From an uncultured Candidatus Saccharibacteria bacterium (lineage in GTDB: Bacteria > Patescibacteriota > Minisyncoccia > Phycocordibacterales > JAKFXT01): a DNA stretch of 64,000 nucleotides. The stretch's first letter is position 1. Each line of letters begins with the position of its first letter. The position numbers were made by a program, and so were the translations under genes. The stretch is from the NCBI GenBank assembly GCA_964385825.1, contig CAYLPX010000002.1, positions 98,876 through 162,875 of the forward strand, in the 5' to 3' direction. The notes under the pieces are model-generated. The model had not been told where the DNA came from. It searched no databases and saw only the letters and a list, made by a program, of their open reading frames with translations. This document shows positions 48,308-58,107 of this stretch, one piece after another.

Positions 48308-48686
48308 AGTGGTAGATAGATGGAAGAAAGGGCGAGTATTAGATCTCTGGTCCATACCACATTTTTTGCTTGGCATACTTTGCGCCTTCATTCCTTTTTA
48401 TAGTCACTTAACGTTTGAGTATGTTTTTGTGAGTATGGTAGTGTTAGCCTTTTTGTGGGAAATAGGAGAATATATTGCTGGGATTAAGGAAACTATTTGG
48501 AATAATATTGCAGACGTTTTACTCCCCATCATTTCATTTTTAATTATTGAGAAAGTACTCGTAACCACTACGCTTTTACAAGAACAAAGAACGGTAGCTT
48601 TTGTCGGTGTAATTACGTTATACTTTTTTACGAATATTTCAGGCTGGCTTGCGTATCGGAGGAGACAGCGGGATTTTACGCACTAA
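48300..48686 (+). CDS. hypothetical polytopic membrane protein
   Basis: Four TM helices. Confidence 0.3.
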   Translation: MNEVVDRWKKGRVLDLWSIPHFLLGILCAFIPFYSHLTFEYVFVSMVVLAFLWEIGEYIAGIKETIWNNIADVLLPIISFLIIEKVLVTTTLLQEQRTVAFVGVITLYFFTNISGWLAYRRRQRDFTH

Positions 48687-48690
48687 ACTT

Positions 48691-49872
48691 TTAGGAACTA
48701 AATGAGCGAAGGAATTTTGCCATGGTTCCCATTTCATCGGTGTGGATAGTTGCAACTATAGTGCTGCTATGGGGGCTACTAATAATACTGTCTTCATGCA
48801 GAGCTCGAGCATTTTTAGATTTTTCTAATTTAATATTGAAACAGGAGAGGTGAGTTACGATTCGTTCACGAATAATAGAAGATCGCTCACCGATTGTGCC
48901 TGAAAATATGAGAGCTTCTAGTTTGCCGAGTGAGATAGTGAGGCGAGAAATTTCCTCTGCAATACTCATAGTAAAATTGGTAATAGCAGTATGAGCGTTT
49001 TTCTCGCCACGCTCTTCAAGTTCTAGGAGTTGTGGTATGTCTCCACTTGATCCTGAAATACCCTTTAGCCCACTTTCTTTGTAAAGGTAGGTGAGGGTGT
49101 CATTTGGCGAAAGCTTTTTCTCTTGCATAAGTGCGAGGAGTGCTCCAGGATCAACATTGCCTGATCGAGTAGACATAACAACTCCACCAAGGGGAGAATA
49201 GCTCATAGATGTAGCAACACTCTTGCCGTTATGGAGTGCGGTGACACTACTTCCACCACCCAAGTGACACACAATAGTGGTAGTGGGTACACTACCAAGC
49301 AGAGTTTCTATTTTAGGAACAATGGATTGAAGAGAAATTCCATGATAGCCAAAGGGCCTGAGGTCGTAGGTTTCGCAGTCGGTTTTGGCAAAGGGGAGGG
49401 GACGAGTATTTCTATCAATACTGTTATGGAATTCACTATCGGATATAGCCACTAAACGACTCTGGGGCAACTCTTTTTGTAGTTCCTGAAGCGTAGTAAG
49501 TGTCGGTGTAATGTGGAGAGGGTCAAGTTCAGCCTTACTTTTGAGCTTCTCTACATAAGCTTCTGTTACTAGTTGGCTTTGAGTAAAGTAAGTGCCTGGA
49601 GCTACTACTCTAATAGCAACATTGCTAATCTGCTCTTTTGAAACAGTTAGTTTATTGTGTAATGCGAGCAGTATGTAGGGAAGACTTCGCTCGTAATCAG
49701 TCGCTGAAAGAGGAACTGACCCCACCTCACTACTAAAGGTTTCGTTTGAAATATAATCAAGTGCTCGTTTTTCTATATGGAAAAAAGCAACACATCCCTT
49801 AGTAGTATAGAGAGCATACTTTTTTGAAGCACTACCGAGATTTACTATGAGTGAATAGGTTTCCATTGCCAT
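48691..49872 (-). CDS. ackA: acetate kinase
   Basis: The N-terminus is LIVNLGSASKKYAL (the VNCGSSS-type motif) and the C-terminus contains VCHLGGGSSVTA. Confidence 0.85.
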   Translation of the reverse strand: MAMETYSLIVNLGSASKKYALYTTKGCVAFFHIEKRALDYISNETFSSEVGSVPLSATDYERSLPYILLALHNKLTVSKEQISNVAIRVVAPGTYFTQSQLVTEAYVEKLKSKAELDPLHITPTLTTLQELQKELPQSRLVAISDSEFHNSIDRNTRPLPFAKTDCETYDLRPFGYHGISLQSIVPKIETLLGSVPTTTIVCHLGGGSSVTALHNGKSVATSMSYSPLGGVVMSTRSGNVDPGALLALMQEKKLSPNDTLTYLYKESGLKGISGSSGDIPQLLELEERGEKNAHTAITNFTMSIAEEISRLTISLGKLEALIFSGTIGERSSIIRERIVTHLSCFNIKLEKSKNARALHEDSIISSPHSSTIVATIHTDEMGTMAKFLRSFSS

Positions 49873-52214
49873 AATTCTATTTCTTCCGGATCAACTCCAT
49901 GCGTTATGATGTATTGCCTATGAGACGCTAGCTTATCGTTGTATAGCTCGATGAGTCTGTCGGCAGTAGGGCCATCGAGTACCTTTCGAGCCTTAAGCGC
50001 GGCAAAGGCATCAAGGGCTAAATGATAGCGACTTGTTTTATTGCGAACGTGCATATCAAAGGGGGTAGTAGTAGAACCATTTTCAATATATCCATGCACA
50101 GTGAAGCGCGAGGTGTCTTTGTAATCGAACAATACTTGTTTCAGTGTTTGTGGGTATCCATGGAAATTGAAAATAACAGGCTTATCGGCAGTAAAGAAAC
50201 TTTCAAAGTCTATTGGTACGCGGCAATTTTCATTCCCTATACCAATAGTTGAGAGTTCTAGAATATTTACAAAGCGGACACGGACTTGTGGAACTTCAGC
50301 TTTGACGATAGAGATTGCAGCGAGCGCTTCTTTGGTTAGGTAGTCACCAACTGCACTAAAGACGATATCAGGGTTTTCCTCGCTGGCAAATTTCCAAGTA
50401 GCAAGTCCAGTCGCGAATTCCTCCTCAGCCTCCACCGGTGTAAGCCAACGTGGCTCTTGGGTTTTGCCGGCGGCGATGATATTGATACCGTTTTTAGATT
50501 CAAGGGCATGCTTTAGAGTAACAAGCATACTGTTGCCGTCGGCAGGAAAGAAGACGCGTACAAAGCAACCACTTTTTTGAAGCATGTCAGTGATAAATCC
50601 GGGGTTTTGATGAGAGAAACCATTGTGTTCTTGTCGCCAGCCAGAGGAAGTGAGGATGTAGTTAAGTGAAGGAACATCGCCTCGCCATGGCACTTCGCGT
50701 GCGGCTTTCAAGAACTTGGCGTATTGATCAGCCATACTGGTTATAACTTGAATGAAAGCTTCGTACGAGGCAAACACAGCGTGACGCCCAGAGAGTGTGT
50801 AGCCTTGGGCTAATCCTTGAAGGGTGTGCTCAGAGAGCATTTCTATAACTCTGCCGTCCCTGGCATAGTCTCTGTCCCATGGGAAAAGAGGGGCAAGGAG
50901 TGCTCGCTTGGTTGTTTTAAAAATATCATCTATTTTGTTGGAGTAAGTTTCATCGGGTGAGAGGACGCGGAAGTTTTTGTTCTTCTCATTGAGTTTAAAT
51001 ACTTCCGCCATGTAGAGTCCCGCGCGGCGCATACTACTTGAGCCAATGAAGCCAGGGTAGGGAACCTCTTCAGAGAACTTTGTAACTTCAGGTAGTATTA
51101 GCGGCTTGTAAACATCGCTAGTTGGCATAGTGTGGGAATTATCACCCATGCGGAAGTGGAGATCGGGAATAATATCTTTTATTTCTGCTATAGGACCCAT
51201 AGCTCTATCAAAGACCTCGTTGAATTTGTATGAGGCAAGCCATGCTTCAACTAGCTCAAGCTCTTCTTTGTCAGTTTTTGCATTTGCTCCTACAACTTGA
51301 TGTGAGAGACAGTTGTCTTCTATCTTTTCTCCATGGAGAGTTTTGATTCCACCCCAGCCCTTGGGGGTCCTCATAATGATCATGGGGAGTTTTGGTGGCT
51401 CAGTTTGGGTTGTAGTGCGAGCGGTTTCTTTAATAGTGTCTATTTTGCTAAATGAGTCAAAGAGGGCTTCGGCCATGCTCTTGTGTAAATCCTTGCCGTC
51501 AACCACTATAGGATCATAGCCATATCCTTCGAAAAGCGTTTTTAGATCTTTATTACTCATGCGGCCATACACCGTGGGGCCTGAAATTTTGTAACCATTA
51601 AGGTGAAGCACGGGGAGCACAACACCATTTGTTTTGGGATCAACGAATTTATTTAAATGCCAGGCAGTAGCTGTGGCTGCCGTTTCAGCCTCACCGTCTC
51701 CAATAAGGCATACAGCAGTTAAGTCAGGATTATCAAGTACTGCTCCATATGAAGTAGAGAGGGAATATCCAAGCTCACCACCCTCAAGGATCACTCCTGG
51801 GGTTCCAGGATTGCTATGACTTGGGAAACCATAAGGCCAACTAAAATTTTTAGCGATATAAGCAATGCCAGTTTCATCCAAGGTAGCACTTTCATAGTAG
51901 CGCTCCAGTGTTCCTTCAAGAAAGAGATTGGCTTGAAGGGCGGGGAAACCGTGTCCAGGCCCCAGAACAAACATGACACTGCGGGGGTTTTCTTTGATGA
52001 AAGCATTTAGGTGCGCATAGAGAAAATTGATGCCCGGACCTGTGCCCCAATGTCCCAAAAGACGCGGTTTAATATGGTCAAAGGTAAGTTTCTGTGTGAG
52101 AAGAAAATTGTCTTGCAAATAGATTTGAGCAGCAGTGAGGTAGTTTACTACACGTAAATACTTTTTTATTGACTCAATATGAGTAATGGTTCTTTTCATA
52201 AATATATTATACAT
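49845..52214 (-). CDS. xfp: xylulose-5-phosphate/fructose-6-phosphate phosphoketolase
   Basis: GHWGTGPG, EGGELGYSL and the TPP-binding GDGEAETG motif in a 789 aa protein. Confidence 0.9.
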   Translation of the reverse strand: MYNIFMKRTITHIESIKKYLRVVNYLTAAQIYLQDNFLLTQKLTFDHIKPRLLGHWGTGPGINFLYAHLNAFIKENPRSVMFVLGPGHGFPALQANLFLEGTLERYYESATLDETGIAYIAKNFSWPYGFPSHSNPGTPGVILEGGELGYSLSTSYGAVLDNPDLTAVCLIGDGEAETAATATAWHLNKFVDPKTNGVVLPVLHLNGYKISGPTVYGRMSNKDLKTLFEGYGYDPIVVDGKDLHKSMAEALFDSFSKIDTIKETARTTTQTEPPKLPMIIMRTPKGWGGIKTLHGEKIEDNCLSHQVVGANAKTDKEELELVEAWLASYKFNEVFDRAMGPIAEIKDIIPDLHFRMGDNSHTMPTSDVYKPLILPEVTKFSEEVPYPGFIGSSSMRRAGLYMAEVFKLNEKNKNFRVLSPDETYSNKIDDIFKTTKRALLAPLFPWDRDYARDGRVIEMLSEHTLQGLAQGYTLSGRHAVFASYEAFIQVITSMADQYAKFLKAAREVPWRGDVPSLNYILTSSGWRQEHNGFSHQNPGFITDMLQKSGCFVRVFFPADGNSMLVTLKHALESKNGINIIAAGKTQEPRWLTPVEAEEEFATGLATWKFASEENPDIVFSAVGDYLTKEALAAISIVKAEVPQVRVRFVNILELSTIGIGNENCRVPIDFESFFTADKPVIFNFHGYPQTLKQVLFDYKDTSRFTVHGYIENGSTTTPFDMHVRNKTSRYHLALDAFAALKARKVLDGPTADRLIELYNDKLASHRQYIITHGVDPEEIELWQWKPIHS

Positions 52215-52269
52215 AGAAATAGAGTCACTCTAAGGGCGTTATTAGACTAATTTCTGATCATTTCTGCTT

Positions 52270-52740
52270 TTGCTATACTATGGGCATATGACCGAACCCA
52301 TCTTTTTTTATGAACATGAGTTTTACCCCTTCTCTAACTTCTCATCATTCACTCTAGAGTGGAAGGGGAGACGATGGATGACATCGGAGCAGGCATATCA
52401 AGCAGAAAAATTCGAGGCAGCAGAAATGAAAGATTATATTTTTAATGCTCCCTCCGCTCATGAAGCTTTTAAATACGCCGAGAAGAACAGAGCTCTGCGT
52501 CTAAAAGAGTGGGATACTATTAAACTCCAAATTATGAAAGAAATCCTTCATGCCAAGGTTAAACAACACCCATATGTGCTCAAAAAGTTATTGGAGTCAG
52601 GTGAGCGCGAGCTTATTGAGGATTCTTGGCGGGATGATTTTTGGGGTTGGGGACCAAACAAAGATGGTGCTAACCACCTCGGTAAACTTTGGATGGAGGT
52701 GAGGAGGGAAGTGAGAGAGTCGTTAAGAGATGCTATCTAA
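52270..52740 (+). CDS. NADAR (YbiA/DUF1768) domain protein
   Basis: The start FYEHEFYPFSNFS is followed by WMTSEQAYQAEKF and DDFWGWGPNKDGANHLGKLWMEVR, which are the hallmark NADAR motifs. Confidence 0.75.
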   Translation: MLYYGHMTEPIFFYEHEFYPFSNFSSFTLEWKGRRWMTSEQAYQAEKFEAAEMKDYIFNAPSAHEAFKYAEKNRALRLKEWDTIKLQIMKEILHAKVKQHPYVLKKLLESGERELIEDSWRDDFWGWGPNKDGANHLGKLWMEVRREVRESLRDAI

Positions 52741-52745
52741 TATCT

Positions 52746-53273
52746 ATGATCTATATATATCATTCATTGCCAGAAAATATGACGGGGACCATGCTTTATC
52801 CGCTCAGTGAGCTCGCAGTTGAGCATCCACAGCTCTTTAATGCCCATGAACAGAAATATACTAAACGCCCACGAGTGCTTACTAATGCTATTCCACACCT
52901 TGGATGTTTTTGGAACGACGTACTTCATTTCACGGCCGTGCACCCAGAGGTACTTAAAGAGGTGTTGGCGCGCGCCGGCTATACCAAACCACTTCACTAT
53001 GTGCAGGTGAATCCTATGCTGCTCTCAAAAGAAAAGACCATCATTTTCCTCAATAAAGTATTAAGTAGTGGAGCTGCTTCAACGACAGCTGATGATTTTG
53101 TGGCATTCGATCCAGAAACAGTAGATAAATATGCCACTATTCCACTTGAAAATGAGCAGTACTACAAAGAAAATTTAGAAAAAGGGGATGAGTTCCTCAT
53201 CTATCATGGTATCCCACACATACTCTATAAGGGCCGACTTGATATTGGCGGTATGCCAATTATTACGGTGTAA
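52746..53273 (+). CDS. uncharacterised NADAR-associated protein (possible ADP-ribosyltransferase-like fold)
   Basis: It starts 4 nt after the NADAR stop, so the two are operonic. The C-terminal DEFLIYHGIPHILYKGRLDIGG is reminiscent of the DarT EFLVH motif and the Tpt1 FLYHGT motif. The N-terminal LSELAVEHPQ resembles the Tpt1 LSFVLRHKPE motif. The true start may be 52791. Confidence 0.3.
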   Translation: MIYIYHSLPENMTGTMLYPLSELAVEHPQLFNAHEQKYTKRPRVLTNAIPHLGCFWNDVLHFTAVHPEVLKEVLARAGYTKPLHYVQVNPMLLSKEKTIIFLNKVLSSGAASTTADDFVAFDPETVDKYATIPLENEQYYKENLEKGDEFLIYHGIPHILYKGRLDIGGMPIITV

Positions 53274-53674
53274 TGAAAAGACTAAGCCTAATATTCTTTG
53301 TTTCGTTTGTGCTCAATCTATTGTGGGAGCATGCTCACGCTGGACTCTATAGTAGTTATAAAGGTGGTTCTATAACTAACTTTATTCTTTTTCATGCAAG
53401 TCTTGGTGACGCAGTACTAATTACAGCTCTTGCAGGACTTTATTTATATACTTCTTTTTTTAAAAAACATATTTGGTTTATGGCTCTTCTGGCGCTTCTG
53501 CTCGCTACTCTCATTGAATGGTATGGTCTTTGGAGTGGTCGCTGGGTTTATAGAGACGTTATGCCCATTGTGCCCCTGCTTCAAGTTGGACTCACTCCGT
53601 TTTTGCAACTCATGATTACTGGGTATGTAACTAAGTGGCTGGTAGGGAAGATGGAAAGTTATAAACAGGCCTAA
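53273..53674 (+). CDS. hypothetical polytopic membrane protein
   Basis: Four TM helices. Confidence 0.35.
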   Translation: MKRLSLIFFVSFVLNLLWEHAHAGLYSSYKGGSITNFILFHASLGDAVLITALAGLYLYTSFFKKHIWFMALLALLLATLIEWYGLWSGRWVYRDVMPIVPLLQVGLTPFLQLMITGYVTKWLVGKMESYKQA

Positions 53675-53754
53675 CTGCATCTTTTTTTAGGAAGCGTACA
53701 ATTATAGGTATAGAGACATGGGTCTCCGGTCGAAAGCACAATAATTTTTTATTT

Positions 53755-53970
53755 ATGAAAGGATTACACATGGTCGCCTTCATTCTCCTAGTAGTAGGAG
53801 GACTCAACTGGCTTCTTGTTGCATTTAACTACAACCTAGTTGATATGCTCCTTGGAGCTGGAAGTACTTTGGCGAAAGTGGTCTATATTCTTGTGGGACT
53901 CTCGGCAATCTACGAAGTTGCTACTCATAAGAGTAGCTGCAAGATGTGTGGAGGAAGTTCAATGGCGTAA
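53755..53970 (+). CDS. DUF378-like small membrane protein
   Basis: GGLNWLLVAFNYNLV pattern and two TM helices. Confidence 0.45.
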   Translation: MKGLHMVAFILLVVGGLNWLLVAFNYNLVDMLLGAGSTLAKVVYILVGLSAIYEVATHKSSCKMCGGSSMA

Positions 53971-54064
53971 GCCTTGGCATGTATCCACAAAACACAAAAC
54001 CCGCCTTGGCGGGTTTTGTGTTTTGTGGACTGGTAAAGTAGATAGGATTATCTATAATTATCAT

Positions 54065-54295
54065 ATGAAACCCAAAACTTCTCATGGCAAGCTAGGATTC
54101 ACTCTTATAGAGCTACTATTTTGGTTAGCCCTTATTGGCTTTATTATTGTGGGCTATATTTTGAAGAACTATAAAGAATGGCAGCATCAAACTAACCAAG
54201 AGAGTCCAGAGCAACTCGCTAAATCAAAAAACTTACTAGATCGAACACAGGGTGATCAAAAGCTTAAGAATGATTTGATAAATAGCACACCGTAG
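54065..54295 (+). CDS. type IV pilin-like protein (prepilin N-terminal methylation motif)
   Basis: The prepilin leader and cleavage-site motif is MKPKTSHGKLGFTLIELLFWLALIGFIIVG. The listed ORF 53840-54295 starts too far upstream. Confidence 0.55.
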   Translation: MKPKTSHGKLGFTLIELLFWLALIGFIIVGYILKNYKEWQHQTNQESPEQLAKSKNLLDRTQGDQKLKNDLINSTP

Positions 54296-54297
54296 AG

Positions 54298-55434
54298 CTA
54301 TTCGTAGATGGCACTGCTCACCGCCTCCACAACCCCTTCGTCAAATGGGCCAGGAATTATTTTTTCTGTACTAGGATTTTTAACAACGGATGCTAGGGCT
54401 TCGGCCGCGCGGATTTTCATATCATCAGTTATCTTACTAACACGATGCTCGAGAGCCCCCTTAAATACGCCAGGGAAGACTAGTGAATTGTTTATTTGAT
54501 TAGGGAAGTCAGAGCGACCAGTAGCTATTATGAGTGCCCCACCTTTTTGTGCCTCAAGAGGCATAATTTCTGGGGTCGGGTTTGCCATGGCGAAAATAAT
54601 AGCGCCCTCCTTCATGTGTTTTACATCCTCAACTTTTAGTACTCCAGCTTTTGAAACCCCGATAAAAATATCAGCATCTACAAGGGCCTCATGAAGTACC
54701 CCAGTTTTATTTTCTCTGTTTGTGCTGTGCATAAGTTGCTTCTTCTCTGGCGTTAGATCACTACGATGGTTACCCACAATACCTTTGCTGTCGCAGAGAA
54801 TAATATCAGTAATACCGTAATGTATGAGTAATTTAGTAATAGCGATTCCTGCAGCTCCCGCTCCATTCACTACGACCCTTACCGATTCCTTCTTTTTATT
54901 AGTAACAGAAAGCGCGTTAATAAGTCCTGCTAGCACAACAATAGCCGTGCCATGCTGATCATCATGCATAACAGGTATATCAAGCTCTGCTTTTAGTCGC
55001 TCCTCTATTTCAAAGCAACGCGGTGCTGCAATGTCTTCTAAGTTAATACCACCAAAGGTCGGTGCTATTGCTTTTATGGTGGCAATGATTGCTTCGGTGT
55101 CTTGTGTGGCAAGTACTATAGGAAAGGCGGAGATATCTGCAAAGCGTTTGAAAAGAGCGCACTTGCCCTCCATAACAGGGAGGGCGGCTAGTGGACCGAT
55201 GTTACCGAGTCCGAGAACTGCAGAACCGTCACTGATCACAGCCACCATGCTTTTAGTCGCAGTGAGTGCGAACGCTTCTTTAGGATCATCTTTAATAGCA
55301 AGACAAGGTCCCGCTACCCCTGGAGTGTAGGCAAGAGAGAGATCCTCTCTATTTTGGATAGCTACCTTACTCACAACTTCAATTTTTCCTGTGCTTACTC
55401 TATGTAGCTCAATACTTTTTGTTTGGTAGTCCAT
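54298..55434 (-). CDS. NAD(P)-dependent malic enzyme
   Basis: LSLAYTPGVA, the Rossmann motif VVNGAGAAGIA and a 378 aa length. Confidence 0.8.
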   Translation of the reverse strand: MDYQTKSIELHRVSTGKIEVVSKVAIQNREDLSLAYTPGVAGPCLAIKDDPKEAFALTATKSMVAVISDGSAVLGLGNIGPLAALPVMEGKCALFKRFADISAFPIVLATQDTEAIIATIKAIAPTFGGINLEDIAAPRCFEIEERLKAELDIPVMHDDQHGTAIVVLAGLINALSVTNKKKESVRVVVNGAGAAGIAITKLLIHYGITDIILCDSKGIVGNHRSDLTPEKKQLMHSTNRENKTGVLHEALVDADIFIGVSKAGVLKVEDVKHMKEGAIIFAMANPTPEIMPLEAQKGGALIIATGRSDFPNQINNSLVFPGVFKGALEHRVSKITDDMKIRAAEALASVVKNPSTEKIIPGPFDEGVVEAVSSAIYE

Positions 55435-55574
55435 GTGAATAGTGTTACGCGATTACATTTTTTAAGAAAAGAAATAAAGAGAGGGAAGTTAATAATAGCA
55501 CCATGAACAGAACGGAAAAAGTAATATGCTATAATAGACCAATCGGTAGATTACTGGTCTAATATATTTAACGT

Positions 55575-56393
55575 ATGAATGAATTTTTAAATTCACCACA
55601 TATTACGAGGTTGCTGAAACTTGGGTATTATGTGCTTGCGATTGTCTTTATTTTCACCATTGCTAAAACGGTGAATGAGTTTAAGAGAGGTATGTACATT
55701 GGGCGTGATGTGGCGGCACAGAGCACTATTATGGTAACTGGAGAGGGTGAGGTGCTTGCTAAGCCTGATGTAGCCACCTTTTCTTTCACGGTGACTGAAA
55801 GTGCTAAGGTAGTGGCTGACGCACAGAAGTTAGCTGAAAGTAAGGTAAGTGCGGCGCTTGTTGGTGTAAAGAAGGGTGGAGTTGACGAGAAAGATATCAA
55901 AACCCTTTCTTACAATATTAATCCCAAGTACGAGTATTATTACGGAGTACAACCAATGATTGCGTGCTCAAGTAACTATTGTCCGCAGCCAGCCATCAAA
56001 CAGCCTAAAATTATTGGTTACGAAGTGAGCGAAACTATTGAGGTGAAGGTTCGCAATATTGCTGATGCTGGGACCCTCCTCTCTAGTATTGGTGGGGCAG
56101 AGGTTTCAAATGTAAGTGGGCTCACATTCTCAATAGATAAAGAGGATGCTGTTAAGGCTGAGGCGCGTGATAAGGCTATCAAACAAGCTAAAGAAAAAGC
56201 AGAAGTTCTAGCAAAAAGTTTGGGGGTTTCTTTGGTGCGCGTAGTGTCATTCTCTGAAAATGGTAATTACCCAATGTACTATGCTAAGTCTGCGGTTATG
56301 GATTCAGCTGCTATGGGGGCACCAGCCGTGTCAGTGCCAACTGGTGAGAATCAAATTATGTCTAATGTAACGGTAACGTACGAAATCAGGTAG
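55575..56393 (+). CDS. SIMPL-domain (DUF541/BP26-like) protein
   Basis: A TM anchor is followed by ITVTGEGEVLAKPDVATFSFTV and an SIMPL-like repeat architecture. Confidence 0.55.
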   Translation: MNEFLNSPHITRLLKLGYYVLAIVFIFTIAKTVNEFKRGMYIGRDVAAQSTIMVTGEGEVLAKPDVATFSFTVTESAKVVADAQKLAESKVSAALVGVKKGGVDEKDIKTLSYNINPKYEYYYGVQPMIACSSNYCPQPAIKQPKIIGYEVSETIEVKVRNIADAGTLLSSIGGAEVSNVSGLTFSIDKEDAVKAEARDKAIKQAKEKAEVLAKSLGVSLVRVVSFSENGNYPMYYAKSAVMDSAAMGAPAVSVPTGENQIMSNVTVTYEIR

Positions 56394-56502
56394 TAAGGTA
56401 GAGCAGTAAAAGTAAAGACCCCTACTCGTAAGTAGGGGTCTTTACTTTTACTGCTCCTATGGTTATATAAAAAAAGTGTGTAACCAACGGAGGAGGTGAA
56501 TC

Positions 56503-56760
56503 ATGGCACTCAGGACTCCCTTTGGGAGATCTTCAAAAGTTTTTCATGAAGACGGCGAGGCGAAAGAAGAGGTTCCTCGTTTTAGCCGTCCCAAAGCGGC
56601 GCCAAAAAGGGTGTTGACCCCTGAGGAGCTCGCTTTTCGCGCGGCGTATGCACGGTGCGGGGCCGATGGGAATCGGCAGGGGCTCATCAATGCCGGCATC
56701 ATCACTCCGCCCTCGTCGATGGCGAACCCCACTTTTCGCTTCCGCAGATCCTTTCATTAG
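56503..56760 (+). CDS. foreign high-GC small basic protein (85 aa)
   Basis: A GGAGGAGG RBS lies upstream, the ORF is GC3-rich, and a GC-rich terminator follows. Confidence 0.35.
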   Translation: MALRTPFGRSSKVFHEDGEAKEEVPRFSRPKAAPKRVLTPEELAFRAAYARCGADGNRQGLINAGIITPPSSMANPTFRFRRSFH

Positions 56761-56783
56761 CGGGGGTCGTAACGTTCCCGCTG

Positions 56784-56808
56784 GCCCGCCTTCGGCGGGC
56801 TTTTTGTT
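56784..56808 (+). terminator. GC-rich rho-independent terminator
   Basis: GCCCGCC-TTCG-GCGGGC followed by TTTTTGTTT. Confidence 0.6.
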
Positions 56809-56897
56809 TACGAAAGGAGCTTGACTTTTGAGTATTTCCCATGATAGTATTACCCGTATCAGCAAGCCCCGAGAGGGGTTTTTAAATTACAAAAATT

Positions 56898-57077
56898 ATG
56901 GCATTTACAGAATACGTAGCAGAGACACGTGAAGAAATGAAGCATGTGAGTTGGCCTACACGTAACCAACTTATTGGCTACACATTGGTGGTTATTATTA
57001 TCTCAATCCTTACTGGCCTTTATCTTGGTGTTTTTGACTATTTGCTTCACCTTTTGATTCAAATTCTGCTCAAATAA
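56898..57077 (+). CDS. secE: preprotein translocase subunit SecE
   Basis: Manual translation gives MAFTEYVAETREEMKHVSWPTRNQLIGYTLVVIIISILTGLYLGVFDYLLHLLIQILLK (59 aa). It lies directly upstream of nusG, and it is under the ORF-track length cut-off. Confidence 0.7.
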   Translation: MAFTEYVAETREEMKHVSWPTRNQLIGYTLVVIIISILTGLYLGVFDYLLHLLIQILLK

Positions 57078-57100
57078 TTTTTTAAATTTACTATTTACTT

Positions 57101-57646
57101 ATGTCTAAACAACACACAACTGGAGAGCGGAACTGGTATGCCATCCACACCTATGCTGGATATGAGAATGCCGTTGTTCGCAATCTTAAGCAGCGTATAG
57201 AGTCCCTCGGTATGGAGGATAAGATTTTCCAGGTTATTGTTCCTGTAGAAAAGAAGATAAAAATAAAAGGGGGTAAGCGCGTTGAAGAAGAGGAGAAAAT
57301 TTATCCTGGATACGTGCTTGTAGAAATGATCGTAACTGATGATACCTGGTTTATGGTGCGTAATACGCCTCGGGTGACTGGGTTCGTTGGTTCCGGTGTG
57401 CAGCCAGTGCCCCTCAACCAAAAGGAGATTGACGAACTTTTCTCTCGCATGAGTACTGACTCAGTAAAGCATGCTATTAATCTCGAAGTGGACGATATTG
57501 TGTCGATTGTGGATGGTCCGTTTAAGGATCTTGAAGGCAAGGTGTCAGAAGTTGATAATGAGCGCGGTAAGATCAAAGTGCTTGTTTCTATGTTTGGACG
57601 TGAGACTCCGGTAGAACTCGACTTCTTGCAGGTGAAGAAAATATAA
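57101..57646 (+). CDS. nusG: transcription termination/antitermination factor NusG
   Basis: The NGN domain contains [14 protein letters not shown]. The KOW motif is in the C-terminus. Confidence 0.9.
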   Translation: MSKQHTTGERNWYAIHTYAGYENAVVRNLKQRIESLGMEDKIFQVIVPVEKKIKIKGGKRVEEEEKIYPGYVLVEMIVTDDTWFMVRNTPRVTGFVGSGVQPVPLNQKEIDELFSRMSTDSVKHAINLEVDDIVSIVDGPFKDLEGKVSEVDNERGKIKVLVSMFGRETPVELDFLQVKKI

Positions 57647-57669
57647 GCTAAGCTCTACTAACTACATAT

Positions 57670-58092
57670 ATGGCAAAGAAAATCACAAAGAAACTAAAGC
57701 TTCAGATCCCCGCCGGGAAGGCTAACCCTGCGCCTCCAGTAGGTCCTGCCTTGGGTCAGGCAGGTATTGCAATTGGTGACTTCGTTACCAAGTTTAACGA
57801 TGCTACTAAGGATCGTATGGGAGAAATTGTACCTGTACAGATTTCAGTATACGAGGATCGCACCTATGATTTCGTACTTAAAACCCCTCCAGCTCCAAGC
57901 CTTCTTCTTAAGGCTATTGGTAAGGACAAGGCTTCTCAAAAGCCAGGAGTAAGTAAGGCAGGTTCTATTTCACAAAATGATCTTCGTGCTATCGCGGAAA
58001 AGAAAATGGTAGACCTCAACGCACACACTGTTGAGCAGGCTATGAAAATCATCGCTGGTACCGCGCGCTCAATGGGGATTGAGGTGAAATAA
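57670..58092 (+). CDS. rplK: 50S ribosomal protein L11
   Basis: [20 protein letters not shown] is a near-invariant L11 motif. Confidence 0.9.
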   Translation: MAKKITKKLKLQIPAGKANPAPPVGPALGQAGIAIGDFVTKFNDATKDRMGEIVPVQISVYEDRTYDFVLKTPPAPSLLLKAIGKDKASQKPGVSKAGSISQNDLRAIAEKKMVDLNAHTVEQAMKIIAGTARSMGIEVK

Positions 58093-58107
58093 GTTTAATT
58101 TTTAAGA

